Shown here piece after piece: positions 48,257 through 56,863 of a DNA stretch of 64,000 bases (position 1 is the first letter of the stretch; every line of letters begins with the position of its first letter). The position numbers were made by a program, and so were the translations under genes. Under the pieces are notes generated by a model. It worked only from the letters and a program-made list of their open reading frames with translations, was not told the origin of the DNA and made no database searches. The stretch spans positions 128,001-192,000 of the forward strand of contig JAGSHN010000005.1 in assembly GCA_029855935.1 (NCBI GenBank). The letters run 5' to 3'. The stretch comes from Candidatus Thorarchaeota archaeon. Its GTDB lineage: Archaea > Asgardarchaeota > Thorarchaeia > Thorarchaeales > Thorarchaeaceae.

Positions 48257-48873
48257 AGCCGCTGAATCTGCGGCTCAAAGTCCTCCACCGTGAACGCCGG
48301 CTCTGCATCTTCAGGAATATCCCCGCGTTCGATTAGTACCTGCTTCGTGAGGAGATAGTAGATCAACGCCAGTGCCTTGCGTCCGCGGTTGTTCGTCGGG
48401 ATGACTAAATCGACGTTGGTCACCACGTTGTCGGTGTCGCACAGTGCCACAACGGGAACACCGATTTTCGATGCCTCTGTCAGGGCCTGCTGATCGGTAC
48501 GCGGGTCTGTCAGTATGACCAGCTCCGGCTCCACGTATACACGAGGACCAGCAATGCTCGGGTTTGTTAGCGTTCCTGGAATGAACCTTGTTGTGAACGC
48601 ATTTGCACCCGTGTAGTGCGCGAAGGTTTCCACAGGACGCTTACCATATGCGCGACCCGATACCACCGCGATCTTTGATGGTTCAAACCTTGCAATGAAC
48701 TTGGCAGCAACACGTAGACGCTCATCGGTCTTGCGGACATCCAGAACATAGACGCCCGTTGGTCGCTGACGATAGACGAACTGATCCATATCCTCTGTCT
48801 TCATTGTCGTGCCTATGTGACATCCAGCAGCGAGATAGTTGTCCAGTGATGTCAGCAGGTCAATCTCAGCCAT
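48253..48873 (-). CDS. rps2: 30S ribosomal protein S2
   Basis: YLAAGCHIGT, RFIPGTLTNP, DLVIPTNNRG. Confidence 0.95.
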   Translation of the reverse strand: MAEIDLLTSLDNYLAAGCHIGTTMKTEDMDQFVYRQRPTGVYVLDVRKTDERLRVAAKFIARFEPSKIAVVSGRAYGKRPVETFAHYTGANAFTTRFIPGTLTNPSIAGPRVYVEPELVILTDPRTDQQALTEASKIGVPVVALCDTDNVVTNVDLVIPTNNRGRKALALIYYLLTKQVLIERGDIPEDAEPAFTVEDFEPQIQRL

Positions 48874-48880
48874 CTCAGTA

Positions 48881-49105
48881 TCACTCACTCTGCTTAGCCT
48901 CCTCTGCGCCAATTGTCGCAAACGCCATGAAGCTGTCGATGATGTCAATATGGGCGAGCAACATCCGACGACAGCAGTACCGATGAAGCCCCAGATTGTC
49001 TAGAACCTCAGCGGGATCAGCTCCCTGTCGGACCTGACGCCGAAACTCTTCATACTTGTCTGCAACAACTTTTCCGCACGTGAAACATCGCACTGGGATT
49101 ATCAA
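48881..49105 (-). CDS. rpoN: RNA polymerase subunit Rpo10 (N)
   Basis: [18 protein letters not shown]. Confidence 0.95.
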   Translation of the reverse strand: MIIPVRCFTCGKVVADKYEEFRRQVRQGADPAEVLDNLGLHRYCCRRMLLAHIDIIDSFMAFATIGAEEAKQSE

Positions 49106-49123
49106 TCGTTCACACCTCATCAT

Positions 49124-49528
49124 CTACCTGTATGACTTCTGATATCGTGCTCTTGCAGACGGGCCTCCGAACTTCTTGGGCTCGGTTCGACGCGCGTCAC
49201 CCACAAGCATCGTACGATCATGCTCGAGCATTCGGGAGCGGGCCTCGTAGTCCTGACTCATCTTGATCAGGCCAGTCGCAATTGCCATTCTCACTGCATC
49301 AGCCTGACTCATAAAACCGCCACCGCGTACCCTGACACGGATGTCGTATTTCTTCCATCCGTCACCAAACAGAAGCAGTGGTTCCATAATCCTCAGCCTT
49401 GCCACCTCGGGCTCAAGTATCTCAAGGGGCTTGCCGTTGATACGGATACGTCCCTTCCCCTCCCGGATTGTGGCCTTAGCCAAGGATGTCTTTCTCTTTC
49501 CTGTAGACACTACGACCCGCACTTTCAC
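49124..49528 (-). CDS. rps9: 30S ribosomal protein S9
   Basis: GKRKT, GGG, EPKKFGGPSARARYQKSYR. Confidence 0.95.
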   Translation of the reverse strand: MKVRVVVSTGKRKTSLAKATIREGKGRIRINGKPLEILEPEVARLRIMEPLLLFGDGWKKYDIRVRVRGGGFMSQADAVRMAIATGLIKMSQDYEARSRMLEHDRTMLVGDARRTEPKKFGGPSARARYQKSYR

Positions 49529-49986
49529 GCCTCCTCCATGGGATTCCTCCAGCCAAGCTCGTGACATAGCTCGCCGACCGTTATGTATTTCCTAGTCAGA
49601 CTGGTGTACCGGGCCCCCTCCAGCACGATGGGGTCTATGTCAGCATATTCCTCCGGAACCCCTATGTAGACACGAATCCGCTTGTAAGCAGCCTTGCCTC
49701 TGGGCTTGGGCCAAGGCAACATTCCACGGATGATTCTACGCACCAAAGTATCAGGCCTCTTGGGATGAAAAGGCCCTTTGCGAGGATTGTATGACGTACG
49801 AATCCGACGCTTGGACTTGTATGCCTTGATCACTGTATACCGGTCGCCCGTTATGATTGCTTTCTCAGCGTTGACGATGACCACAATCTCGCCCAAGAGC
49901 GCAGCCTTTGCCGCCTTGGCCGCAAGGCGCCCTACGACCAGATTCGATGCATCGTACACTTTGACTCGCTGTTCGTTCATCATCAT
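49525..49986 (-). CDS. rpl13: 50S ribosomal protein L13
   Basis: VGRLA, NAEKAIITG, RGMLP. Confidence 0.95.
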   Translation of the reverse strand: MMMNEQRVKVYDASNLVVGRLAAKAAKAALLGEIVVIVNAEKAIITGDRYTVIKAYKSKRRIRTSYNPRKGPFHPKRPDTLVRRIIRGMLPWPKPRGKAAYKRIRVYIGVPEEYADIDPIVLEGARYTSLTRKYITVGELCHELGWRNPMEEA

Positions 49987-49991
49987 CCACC

Positions 49992-50354
49992 TCAAATAAT
50001 GATTGTCACCCCTCGCCCAGTTGGCCGCTGGGCCAGTAGTTCGTCAATCGAAATCAGTGATCCACCAGCACCTACAATCATAGACCGCGCAGATGCTGAT
50101 GCGTTCAAGGCGGCAACTGTGACCTTGTGCGCAATGGTCCCGGCTCCAAGTACTTTGCCAGGGACCACAACTATGTCCCCGTCATCTGTATAGCGTGCAA
50201 TCTTGCCGATGTTGACCACCACTCTCTTGCGTGCAGGCCGAGCGATGAGCTCAGCGACACGCTTCCATATGTTCACACCGTGCCTGTTCGCAGTTCTGCG
50301 AAGGGCCTTGATTAGAGCACGGGTGTTGGGGTCTGTTGCTCCGGATTTCACCAT
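49992..50354 (-). CDS. rpl18e: 50S ribosomal protein L18e
   Basis: VNIGKI, VVPGKVLG. Confidence 0.93.
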   Translation of the reverse strand: MVKSGATDPNTRALIKALRRTANRHGVNIWKRVAELIARPARKRVVVNIGKIARYTDDGDIVVVPGKVLGAGTIAHKVTVAALNASASARSMIVGAGGSLISIDELLAQRPTGRGVTIII

Positions 50355-50369
50355 TTGTTGTCTCCGCTC

Positions 50370-51170
50370 CTATAACAAGTTCGCAAAGTCCAAGGCGATA
50401 CGTATCCGCTCCTTCAGGATGTCAAGAGCCTTCTCTATAATTACGGTCGGTTCTAACGCACCGGTCGACTCAACCTTGAACAAGAAGCTATCAGGTTTTG
50501 AGTCGATTGTTATTGCATTCGGCTCACATTCTTTCACGCAGAGCTCACACAGGCTGCATTCGAGTGTGTTCTGCGTCGATAAGACATCCCCCTCAAGACG
50601 GAATATCTTCTTCGGGCATATCTCGACGCAGACACCGCACCTGTCGCAGGCCTTGGTGTCTATGCTCACTACAGGAACATACTTGTATGCAACCGTGGAC
50701 ACCGGCTGGAACTTCGCATTCTCCCGACCAGTTCCCAGACGGGCATAGGCCTCGATGATGATTCTCTGTCCAGGAGCGAGTTTGACGAGCGGGATCTTGT
50801 CTGAGGCGGGCACAACCTTTGGGTCCTGAGACATTAGGTCGCCAGAGTAGACGAGCTTCTCCTCGCCCTCAGCCTCAACCTCAAGAGTGAGTGTACACTG
50901 GCAGAGGCTACAGCCCTTCCCCTCGCAATCGCACTCGTCGGGATGATTGTAGTCTTCCAGTGGTGTCACCAAGGGTATGAGGCCAAGGCGGTGCGCCAGC
51001 ATCTCATCGTACATTACACTCGTGTTCTCCAGAATGAGAACTTCATCTATGGCCATTGATGGCACCCGCGTCAACATAGTACGCCGGAGAGCATTTGCAA
51101 AGGCCACGTCTACTCCTTCGATGAGGAAGTGGCACACGTCATCTTTCATATATATGATTGTGACTTCCAC
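50370..51170 (-). CDS. rpoD: RNA polymerase subunit Rpo3 (D) with ferredoxin-like insert
   Basis: ANALRR, NTSVMYDEMLAHRLGLIP, CDRCGVCVEICP. Confidence 0.95.
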   Translation of the reverse strand: MEVTIIYMKDDVCHFLIEGVDVAFANALRRTMLTRVPSMAIDEVLILENTSVMYDEMLAHRLGLIPLVTPLEDYNHPDECDCEGKGCSLCQCTLTLEVEAEGEEKLVYSGDLMSQDPKVVPASDKIPLVKLAPGQRIIIEAYARLGTGRENAKFQPVSTVAYKYVPVVSIDTKACDRCGVCVEICPKKIFRLEGDVLSTQNTLECSLCELCVKECEPNAITIDSKPDSFLFKVESTGALEPTVIIEKALDILKERIRIALDFANLL

Positions 51171-51431
51171 CTAATCACCTGACCTCAGAGGCTGTGTGTG
51201 TCCACCCAAAAGACACTGTTCCCGGACGGACTCGCTATCGACCGGTGTGTCGTCTAGCTCACTCGCCCGTGTCCTGGGCAGGTCTGCGACCTGCGCACGA
51301 CAATAAAAGGATTACCGTAGAGCCGTGTGATTTTGTCCAGTAGCGCAGATCGAATTGGGCAAGCAGGAGTACGCGATGCAGGGTGGGCGAACGTCCGTCC
51401 CCACAAATCAAGTGCCTAATGACCAAGGTGC

Positions 51432-51929
51432 CTAGGCAGCCAGTTGGACCATGTCCCTCAGACCCTCCACTATCAGTCGATATCCACGTAGGCGCTGTTT
51501 CGGATCAATTGCTATCATCCCGTAGGTCGGAATTCCTAGGAGGTCCTGAACAGACTCCGGGCGCATTGAACCAGGCAGGTCTTGTTTGTTAGCGATGGCG
51601 ATTACCTGTTTCCCAGCCAAGAGAGCTTCGTATTTCTTCAGCAGCTGGCGGGTCTTGAGAACTGCCTTGGGAGTACTCTCTGTGACCACGACAATCATCT
51701 CGCTGCCCTTCATAAAATCGGGCCACATAAACTCAAAATGAGCTTGACCACCCATCTCAACAAGTGTGATCTTCGTCCGATCATCGAGGGTGATTGTCCC
51801 GCAGTCCATTCCTGCGGTCGGCTGGTACTTGCTTTGAAGCTTGGTGACATCATCCGTCAACAGACGAATCAGAGTAGATTTGCCAGCGTACCCCGCGCCC
51901 ATCAGGGCAACCTTGACGTATCGAGTCAT
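51432..51929 (-). CDS. Small Ras/Arf-like GTPase
   Basis: GAGYAGKS, PT, EMGGQ, NKQD; about 165 aa stand-alone. Confidence 0.85.
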   Translation of the reverse strand: MTRYVKVALMGAGYAGKSTLIRLLTDDVTKLQSKYQPTAGMDCGTITLDDRTKITLVEMGGQAHFEFMWPDFMKGSEMIVVVTESTPKAVLKTRQLLKKYEALLAGKQVIAIANKQDLPGSMRPESVQDLLGIPTYGMIAIDPKQRLRGYRLIVEGLRDMVQLAA

Positions 51930-52111
51930 TTCATACGGCTCCAGTCGAGTTCTCGACGGGGATAAGGGATACAATACATATCAGCCATCGTGTTACGATT
52001 GTAACACAGGCTGCTCCAGAGATAGGTACATATTGCCCCCTTTAAACTGCCACACGGTCTAACAGAAGCTCTTAACAAGCGGCTTACAGCTGTGACTGTT
52101 GGTCGGGTAAC

Positions 52112-53095
52112 ATGGACAATGTTCGTCCCGAAATAGTGTTCATCCAAAACGATGCAATAGAGAGGCTTCCGGAGATTGTTTCAAGGTACGGAAAAGGACT
52201 CGTAGTTACAGACAGTATCATCTTCAAGCGATACGGGGAGAGGCTTGCCAAGACTTGTGATAGTGACCCAACGTGGGTGCTGGTGGACAAGGGAATTCCC
52301 AATGACCTGCAGGTAGAGGGAATCGATGTCATTGTGGGGTTTGGAGGAGGACGAAGCATTGATGCAGCTAAGCTCATAGCCGCGCAGACCAAGTTGGATT
52401 GGATTTCCGTTCCGACTGCAGCATCGCACGATGGTATTGCTAGTGAGGCAGCCTCTGTCGCCCACAATGGTTATCGATACTCGAAGCGTTGTAAGCTACC
52501 CGTTGCTGTAGTGGCAGACCTGTCGATAATCTCAGATGCGCCAGTGGAGCTGAAGCAGGCTGGAACGGGGGACATACTGTGCAAGGCATCCAGCCTTAGT
52601 GAGTGGAAGTTCGCACACGAGAGGTATGAGGAACCGTTTGTCCAAGAGGCATACAACCTGGTCAGGCGCGCACTAGACCAAGTAATTCGGGACGACCGCC
52701 TTGAAACCCTAGTGCGTGCGGAGATTGATGCGGGACGGGCCATGTACTTGGCACAGAGCTCTAGACCCTGTTCGGGGACCGAACACGCAATATCACATGC
52801 GATGGAGCGTCGGAACCATGCGCTTCACGGTCTACAGGTCATCTTTGCCACACCTTTGTGCCTGCACTACCTAGAGGCGAGAGGCCAAGCGCTCTATTCA
52901 AGGGACTTTATGACTGAGGTGATCAGTGAAAGAGGACTGCCACGTATGCTTGAAGACCTAGACCTCACTCTAGAGATGTTCGTCGACGATATTCATCATG
53001 CACTCAAGATAATGCAGCGGAGGAACAGACACTCGATACTCGCGGACGTTGAGGACGAGGAACTCAGACGAGTGATATTGGATCTGTACACATAG
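52112..53095 (+). CDS. egsA: sn-glycerol-1-phosphate dehydrogenase
   Basis: GGGRSID, PTAASHDGIAS, SRPCSGTEHAISH, HGLQV. Confidence 0.85.
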   Translation: MDNVRPEIVFIQNDAIERLPEIVSRYGKGLVVTDSIIFKRYGERLAKTCDSDPTWVLVDKGIPNDLQVEGIDVIVGFGGGRSIDAAKLIAAQTKLDWISVPTAASHDGIASEAASVAHNGYRYSKRCKLPVAVVADLSIISDAPVELKQAGTGDILCKASSLSEWKFAHERYEEPFVQEAYNLVRRALDQVIRDDRLETLVRAEIDAGRAMYLAQSSRPCSGTEHAISHAMERRNHALHGLQVIFATPLCLHYLEARGQALYSRDFMTEVISERGLPRMLEDLDLTLEMFVDDIHHALKIMQRRNRHSILADVEDEELRRVILDLYT

Positions 53096-53170
53096 ATGCG
53101 CTGACACTTCGACAGTTTTAAAAGAACCAGCCATGACGACGACCAGAGCGCCGATAAGAGAGCGTTCTCA

Positions 53171-53198
53171 TTACCAATGAAGTATTAGACAGAGGTAG
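53171..53198 (+). promoter_or_regulatory. K-turn in rpl7ae 5' UTR overlapping the SD
   Basis: TTACC-AAT-GA-AGT-loop-AC-A-GA-GGTAG: C-stem, 3-nt bulge, tandem G.A pairs. Confidence 0.7.
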
Positions 53199-53205
53199 TT
53201 GAAAC

Positions 53206-53577
53206 ATGCCGAAACCGAGTTTTGTTGACTGGGAACCCACAGAGGACCTCCAGAAGAAGGCTTTGCAGGCACTGGAGATGGCAAGGGATACGGGTCGTAT
53301 CAAGAAGGGAATAAACGAAACGACCAAATCCATCGAGAGAGGCATTGCAAAACTGGTCCTTATTGCCGAGGATGTGGAACCTCAGGAGGTCATTATGTAC
53401 CTGCCTGGGCTGTGCGACGACAAGAACGTGCCCTATATCTTCGTAAAGAGCAAAAAGGATCTCGGTGCGGCTGCGGGAATTCAGCGACCCACAGCTGCTG
53501 CCTCGATTCTTGTTGAGGGTAAAGGAAAAGACCTTGTTGCCGATGTTGTAGACAAGATTGCTGCACTACGTAAGTGA
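53206..53577 (+). CDS. rpl7ae: 50S ribosomal protein L7Ae
   Basis: KKGINETTKSIERG, IAEDVEP, LGAAAG. Confidence 0.95.
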   Translation: MPKPSFVDWEPTEDLQKKALQALEMARDTGRIKKGINETTKSIERGIAKLVLIAEDVEPQEVIMYLPGLCDDKNVPYIFVKSKKDLGAAAGIQRPTAAASILVEGKGKDLVADVVDKIAALRK

Positions 53578-53602
53578 AGATTGAAGTAGGTGATGGTTTT
53601 CA

Positions 53603-53827
53603 ATGAGTAAGGAAGCAGAGAAGGAGCCAGCCATCCCTGCCGAGGTCCTCGAACTGCTCGGTAGAACTGGCGTGACCGGGGAGATTACTCAGGTCAGGGT
53701 CAGGATACTTGAGGGCAGAGACGAGGGGCGTGTTCTCACACGCAACGTGAAGGGCCCCGTGCGTGTCGGGGACATTCTCATTCTACGGGAAACCGAGCGT
53801 GAGGCCCGCAAGATGAGGAGGCGCTAG
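53603..53827 (+). CDS. rps28e: 30S ribosomal protein S28e
   Basis: [28 protein letters not shown]. Confidence 0.95.
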   Translation: MSKEAEKEPAIPAEVLELLGRTGVTGEITQVRVRILEGRDEGRVLTRNVKGPVRVGDILILRETEREARKMRRR

Positions 53828-53829
53828 TC

Positions 53830-54027
53830 GTGGTTGGTACTCAGAAATGCGTCTTTTGCGGTCGAGACATCGAGCCGGGGACGGGCATTGCTTTTGTTAG
53901 AACAAAGGATGGGGCGGTGCTCTGGTTCTGTTCCAATAAATGCAAGGTTGCCAGTCTGAAGCGGGGGATGAAGCCCCGGGACACGAAGTGGACTGCAGAA
54001 TACAAGAAAGGTGCAAGGGGCAAATAG
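53830..54027 (+). CDS. rpl24e: 50S ribosomal protein L24e
   Basis: CVFCGRDIEPGTG, FCSNKC, KWT. Confidence 0.95.
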   Translation: MVGTQKCVFCGRDIEPGTGIAFVRTKDGAVLWFCSNKCKVASLKRGMKPRDTKWTAEYKKGARGK

Positions 54028-54077
54028 AGAGCGGAAGCAGAGTGACCCTTTGTCGCCATTTGGGCGTCGCTGACGAA

Positions 54078-54115
54078 GGAGCAAGGGCCCGTTGGGCCCC
54101 GTTGGGCCCCGCTCC
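54078..54115. repeat. GC-rich hairpin with a tandem 10-bp repeat between convergent rpl24e and ndk
   Basis: GGAGC..GCTCC outer arms; GTTGGGCCCC twice (54091-54110); three GGGCCC palindromes. Confidence 0.55.
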
Positions 54116-54142
54116 ATCACAAGTATAGCGATGAGATGCCGT

Positions 54143-54841
54143 TCATCCGCTCTTCGAAACCTCTTCCTTTACCAACGCGAAGATTGCCTCAGCTAGTTTC
54201 TCGACCTCATCGTCCTCCACATCGCGCGCGTCCTTGGCGATGAGGACCTCTAGCGACTCCAGAACCGAGGAACTAACATCATCACTATCTATTGCGTGCA
54301 CAACAACCTCACGAATCTCGGATGTGTGATCAGAAGCCTCAGCTGTGTATCGTTCAATGTAGGTCAGCATCTCTTTTTCAGCTCCATCTGACTCCCGAAC
54401 ATTGCCCTCTCTGCTCCAGAGGTCAATCTCGGTGGCAGCCGTTTCTGGACTATCGGACGCATGGGCTATGTTGATGCCCCCCCAGATGCCATACCTACCA
54501 CGCAGGGTGTCAGGTGGGGCCTTCTGCACGAATGTGGGCCCAAGTGCATCACGTATCCTCTGAATCGCATTCTCTCCCTCAAACACCAGCACAAGAACGC
54601 GTCCAGATGTGATGAACTGGACAAGCCAAGGAAAGAACGGCTTTCCTTTATGAACTGCATAATGCTTCTCGGCAAGCTCTTGAGAAACTCGCATCTCTCG
54701 AAAGGCACGGACCCTGAGGCCGAGTCCGTGAAGTGCTTCAATGACACGGGCTCCGACTGTCCTGCGTACTGCGCCATCAGGCTTGATTATGACAAGAGAA
54801 CGTTCCATTCGATTCACCAACTTGATTCGTGCTTGCACCAA
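54143..54841 (-). CDS. ndk: Nucleoside diphosphate kinase with C-terminal extension
   Basis: IIKPDG, HYAVHKGKPFF, TLRG, NIAHASDS; start may be 54808. Confidence 0.9.
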   Translation of the reverse strand: MVQARIKLVNRMERSLVIIKPDGAVRRTVGARVIEALHGLGLRVRAFREMRVSQELAEKHYAVHKGKPFFPWLVQFITSGRVLVLVFEGENAIQRIRDALGPTFVQKAPPDTLRGRYGIWGGINIAHASDSPETAATEIDLWSREGNVRESDGAEKEMLTYIERYTAEASDHTSEIREVVVHAIDSDDVSSSVLESLEVLIAKDARDVEDDEVEKLAEAIFALVKEEVSKSG

Positions 54842-54948
54842 GGCAAAACGTGGCTTATTTTAGCATTGTGACGTCGCCAGTCTCTAAGGCAAGTTTCATA
54901 TGCTCGCAGTAGTTGCCCGCTCATAGTTTAGTCAGCGAGGGCCTGCCA

Positions 54949-56745
54949 ATGAAGCCGTCAGAGAGAAACACGAGGGAACGACTTCGCTCGCCAATTGTCA
55001 CCGTCCTTGGTCACATAGACCACGGAAAGACTTCGCTCCTTGACAAGATGCGCGGAACAGCTGTGCAGCACAGGGAAGCGGCAGGAATAACCCAGCACAT
55101 TGGCGCATCGTTTTTCCCCACTGAAACGATAATGTCCATATGTGGCAACCTCCTCAAGGCCATAAAGACCGAACTCAGGATAGATGGGTTGCTGTTCATA
55201 GATACCCCAGGACATGAAGCGTACCTGAACCTCCGCCGACGAGGCGGAGCCATAGCTGACATAGCAATATTGGTTATCGACATAAACGAGGGGCCCCTCA
55301 CACAGACCTACGAGTCCCTGAAGATTCTGCGAGCTGGGAGGACGCCATTCCTAATTGCAGCGAACAAACTCGACAAGGTCCCCGGTTGGCAGCCAAAGCC
55401 TGAGCTTCCGCTGGTACAGGCAATTAAAGCACAGAGTAGGACCACCCAAGCAGAGATTGATCGGAGGCTCTATGAGATAGTTGGAGCGCTATCAGCAAAT
55501 GGGATTCAGTCGGAGCGATTCGACAGGGTGAGGGACTTCACAAGGACTGTTGCCATTGTCCCCACAAGCGCGAAGACTGGTGAGGGAATTCCTGAGCTTC
55601 TCATGGTCTTGGCGGGACTGACGCAGCAATATATGAAGGAACGGCTCCGAGTGTCGACAGGTCCGGCAAAGGGTGTAGTTCTAGAAGTGAGGGAGGAAAC
55701 TGGGTTGGGGGTCACACTAGACACAATTATCTATGACGGAGTGTTGCGAAAGACTGACACAATTGTCGTCGGGGGTCTTGAGGATGCCATTGTGGCGAAG
55801 ATAAGGGCGCTCCTTCTACCAAAGCCACTCGATGAGATTCGTGATCCAAGGGAGAGGTTCACACAGGTCGATGAGATACACGCTGCAGCAGGAGTTAAGA
55901 TAGTTTCGCCAGACATTCAGGGAGCAGTGGCGGGAGCACCCATTTATGGGGTCGGCGAAACAGATGATATCGAGGAGATTAAGCAGAAAGTCCGCGATGA
56001 GGTGGGCGCTGTCAGAATCCATCGCGACTCATCGGGTATCGTTGTCAAGGCTGACACCCTGGGGTCGCTAGAGGCTGTGACACAGTTCCTTCAAGAGAGA
56101 AAGATACCCGTGCGAGTCGCGGATGTGGGGCCAATTGTGAAACGTGACATAATCGAGGCAAGTGCGGCAGGGGAAACTGACCCACTTAATGCTGTTGTCC
56201 TAGGATTCAATGTCAAGGTAGCTCCCGGTATTGAGGACCTTGCCGCAGAATACGGAGTAGAGATATTCGTCAGTGATGTCATATATCGCCTCTATGACGA
56301 GTATTACGCTTGGCTTATTGTCAAGAGGGAACAAGCCAAGGCTAAAACTCTGGGCCACATGATACGGCCAGGAAAGATAGAGATTCTCCCAGACTACGTA
56401 TTTCGAAACAAGGATCCAGCAATCGTAGGAGTCCGGGTTCACGGCATAATCCGTCCCAAGACTGCACTGATAAATGCTGAGGGGCGCCGTATTGGTACAA
56501 TCCTCCAGATTCAAGACAGAGGTGTGGCGATAGAGGAGGCTACTGACGGAATGGAGGTGGCAGTATCCATTAGGGGGCCAACCATTGGGAGACAGGTGAA
56601 GCCTAGTGAAACCCTGTATGTTGATGTGCCTGACAAGCACATTCAGGCACTCCGCAAGAAGTTCAGGGAGGAGCTGAGTCAATCCGAGCTAGAGATTCTA
56701 GAAGAGATTATCCGCATTAAGAGAGCGGCAGGGGCGTTGATATAG
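54949..56745 (+). CDS. infB: Translation initiation factor aIF5B (IF-2)
   Basis: LRSPIVTVLGHIDHGKT, GITQHIGA, DTPGHEA, NKLD. Confidence 0.95.
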   Translation: MKPSERNTRERLRSPIVTVLGHIDHGKTSLLDKMRGTAVQHREAAGITQHIGASFFPTETIMSICGNLLKAIKTELRIDGLLFIDTPGHEAYLNLRRRGGAIADIAILVIDINEGPLTQTYESLKILRAGRTPFLIAANKLDKVPGWQPKPELPLVQAIKAQSRTTQAEIDRRLYEIVGALSANGIQSERFDRVRDFTRTVAIVPTSAKTGEGIPELLMVLAGLTQQYMKERLRVSTGPAKGVVLEVREETGLGVTLDTIIYDGVLRKTDTIVVGGLEDAIVAKIRALLLPKPLDEIRDPRERFTQVDEIHAAAGVKIVSPDIQGAVAGAPIYGVGETDDIEEIKQKVRDEVGAVRIHRDSSGIVVKADTLGSLEAVTQFLQERKIPVRVADVGPIVKRDIIEASAAGETDPLNAVVLGFNVKVAPGIEDLAAEYGVEIFVSDVIYRLYDEYYAWLIVKREQAKAKTLGHMIRPGKIEILPDYVFRNKDPAIVGVRVHGIIRPKTALINAEGRRIGTILQIQDRGVAIEEATDGMEVAVSIRGPTIGRQVKPSETLYVDVPDKHIQALRKKFREELSQSELEILEEIIRIKRAAGALI

Positions 56746-56796
56746 CGCGCGAATCAGGCACCCACTCGGTTTCACCACTGTGGGGAGAAACAATAC

Positions 56797-56833
56797 GAAA
56801 AAGAATCGAACACGGGCCACTAGGGCCCGGTTC
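56797..56833 (-). terminator. Probable terminator of tuf (hairpin plus T-tract)
   Basis: GAAC-A-CGGGCC-loop-GGCCCG-GTTC (56808-56833) followed on the minus strand by TTCTTTTT. Confidence 0.5.
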
Positions 56834-56863
56834 ACGTGTACACGTGTTTGTTCTACGATGGAG

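Noticed and set aside
53128-53150. Second K-turn-like motif upstream of rpl7ae
   Set aside because: Only a 2-bp stem and mostly upstream of the TSS expected from the TATA box
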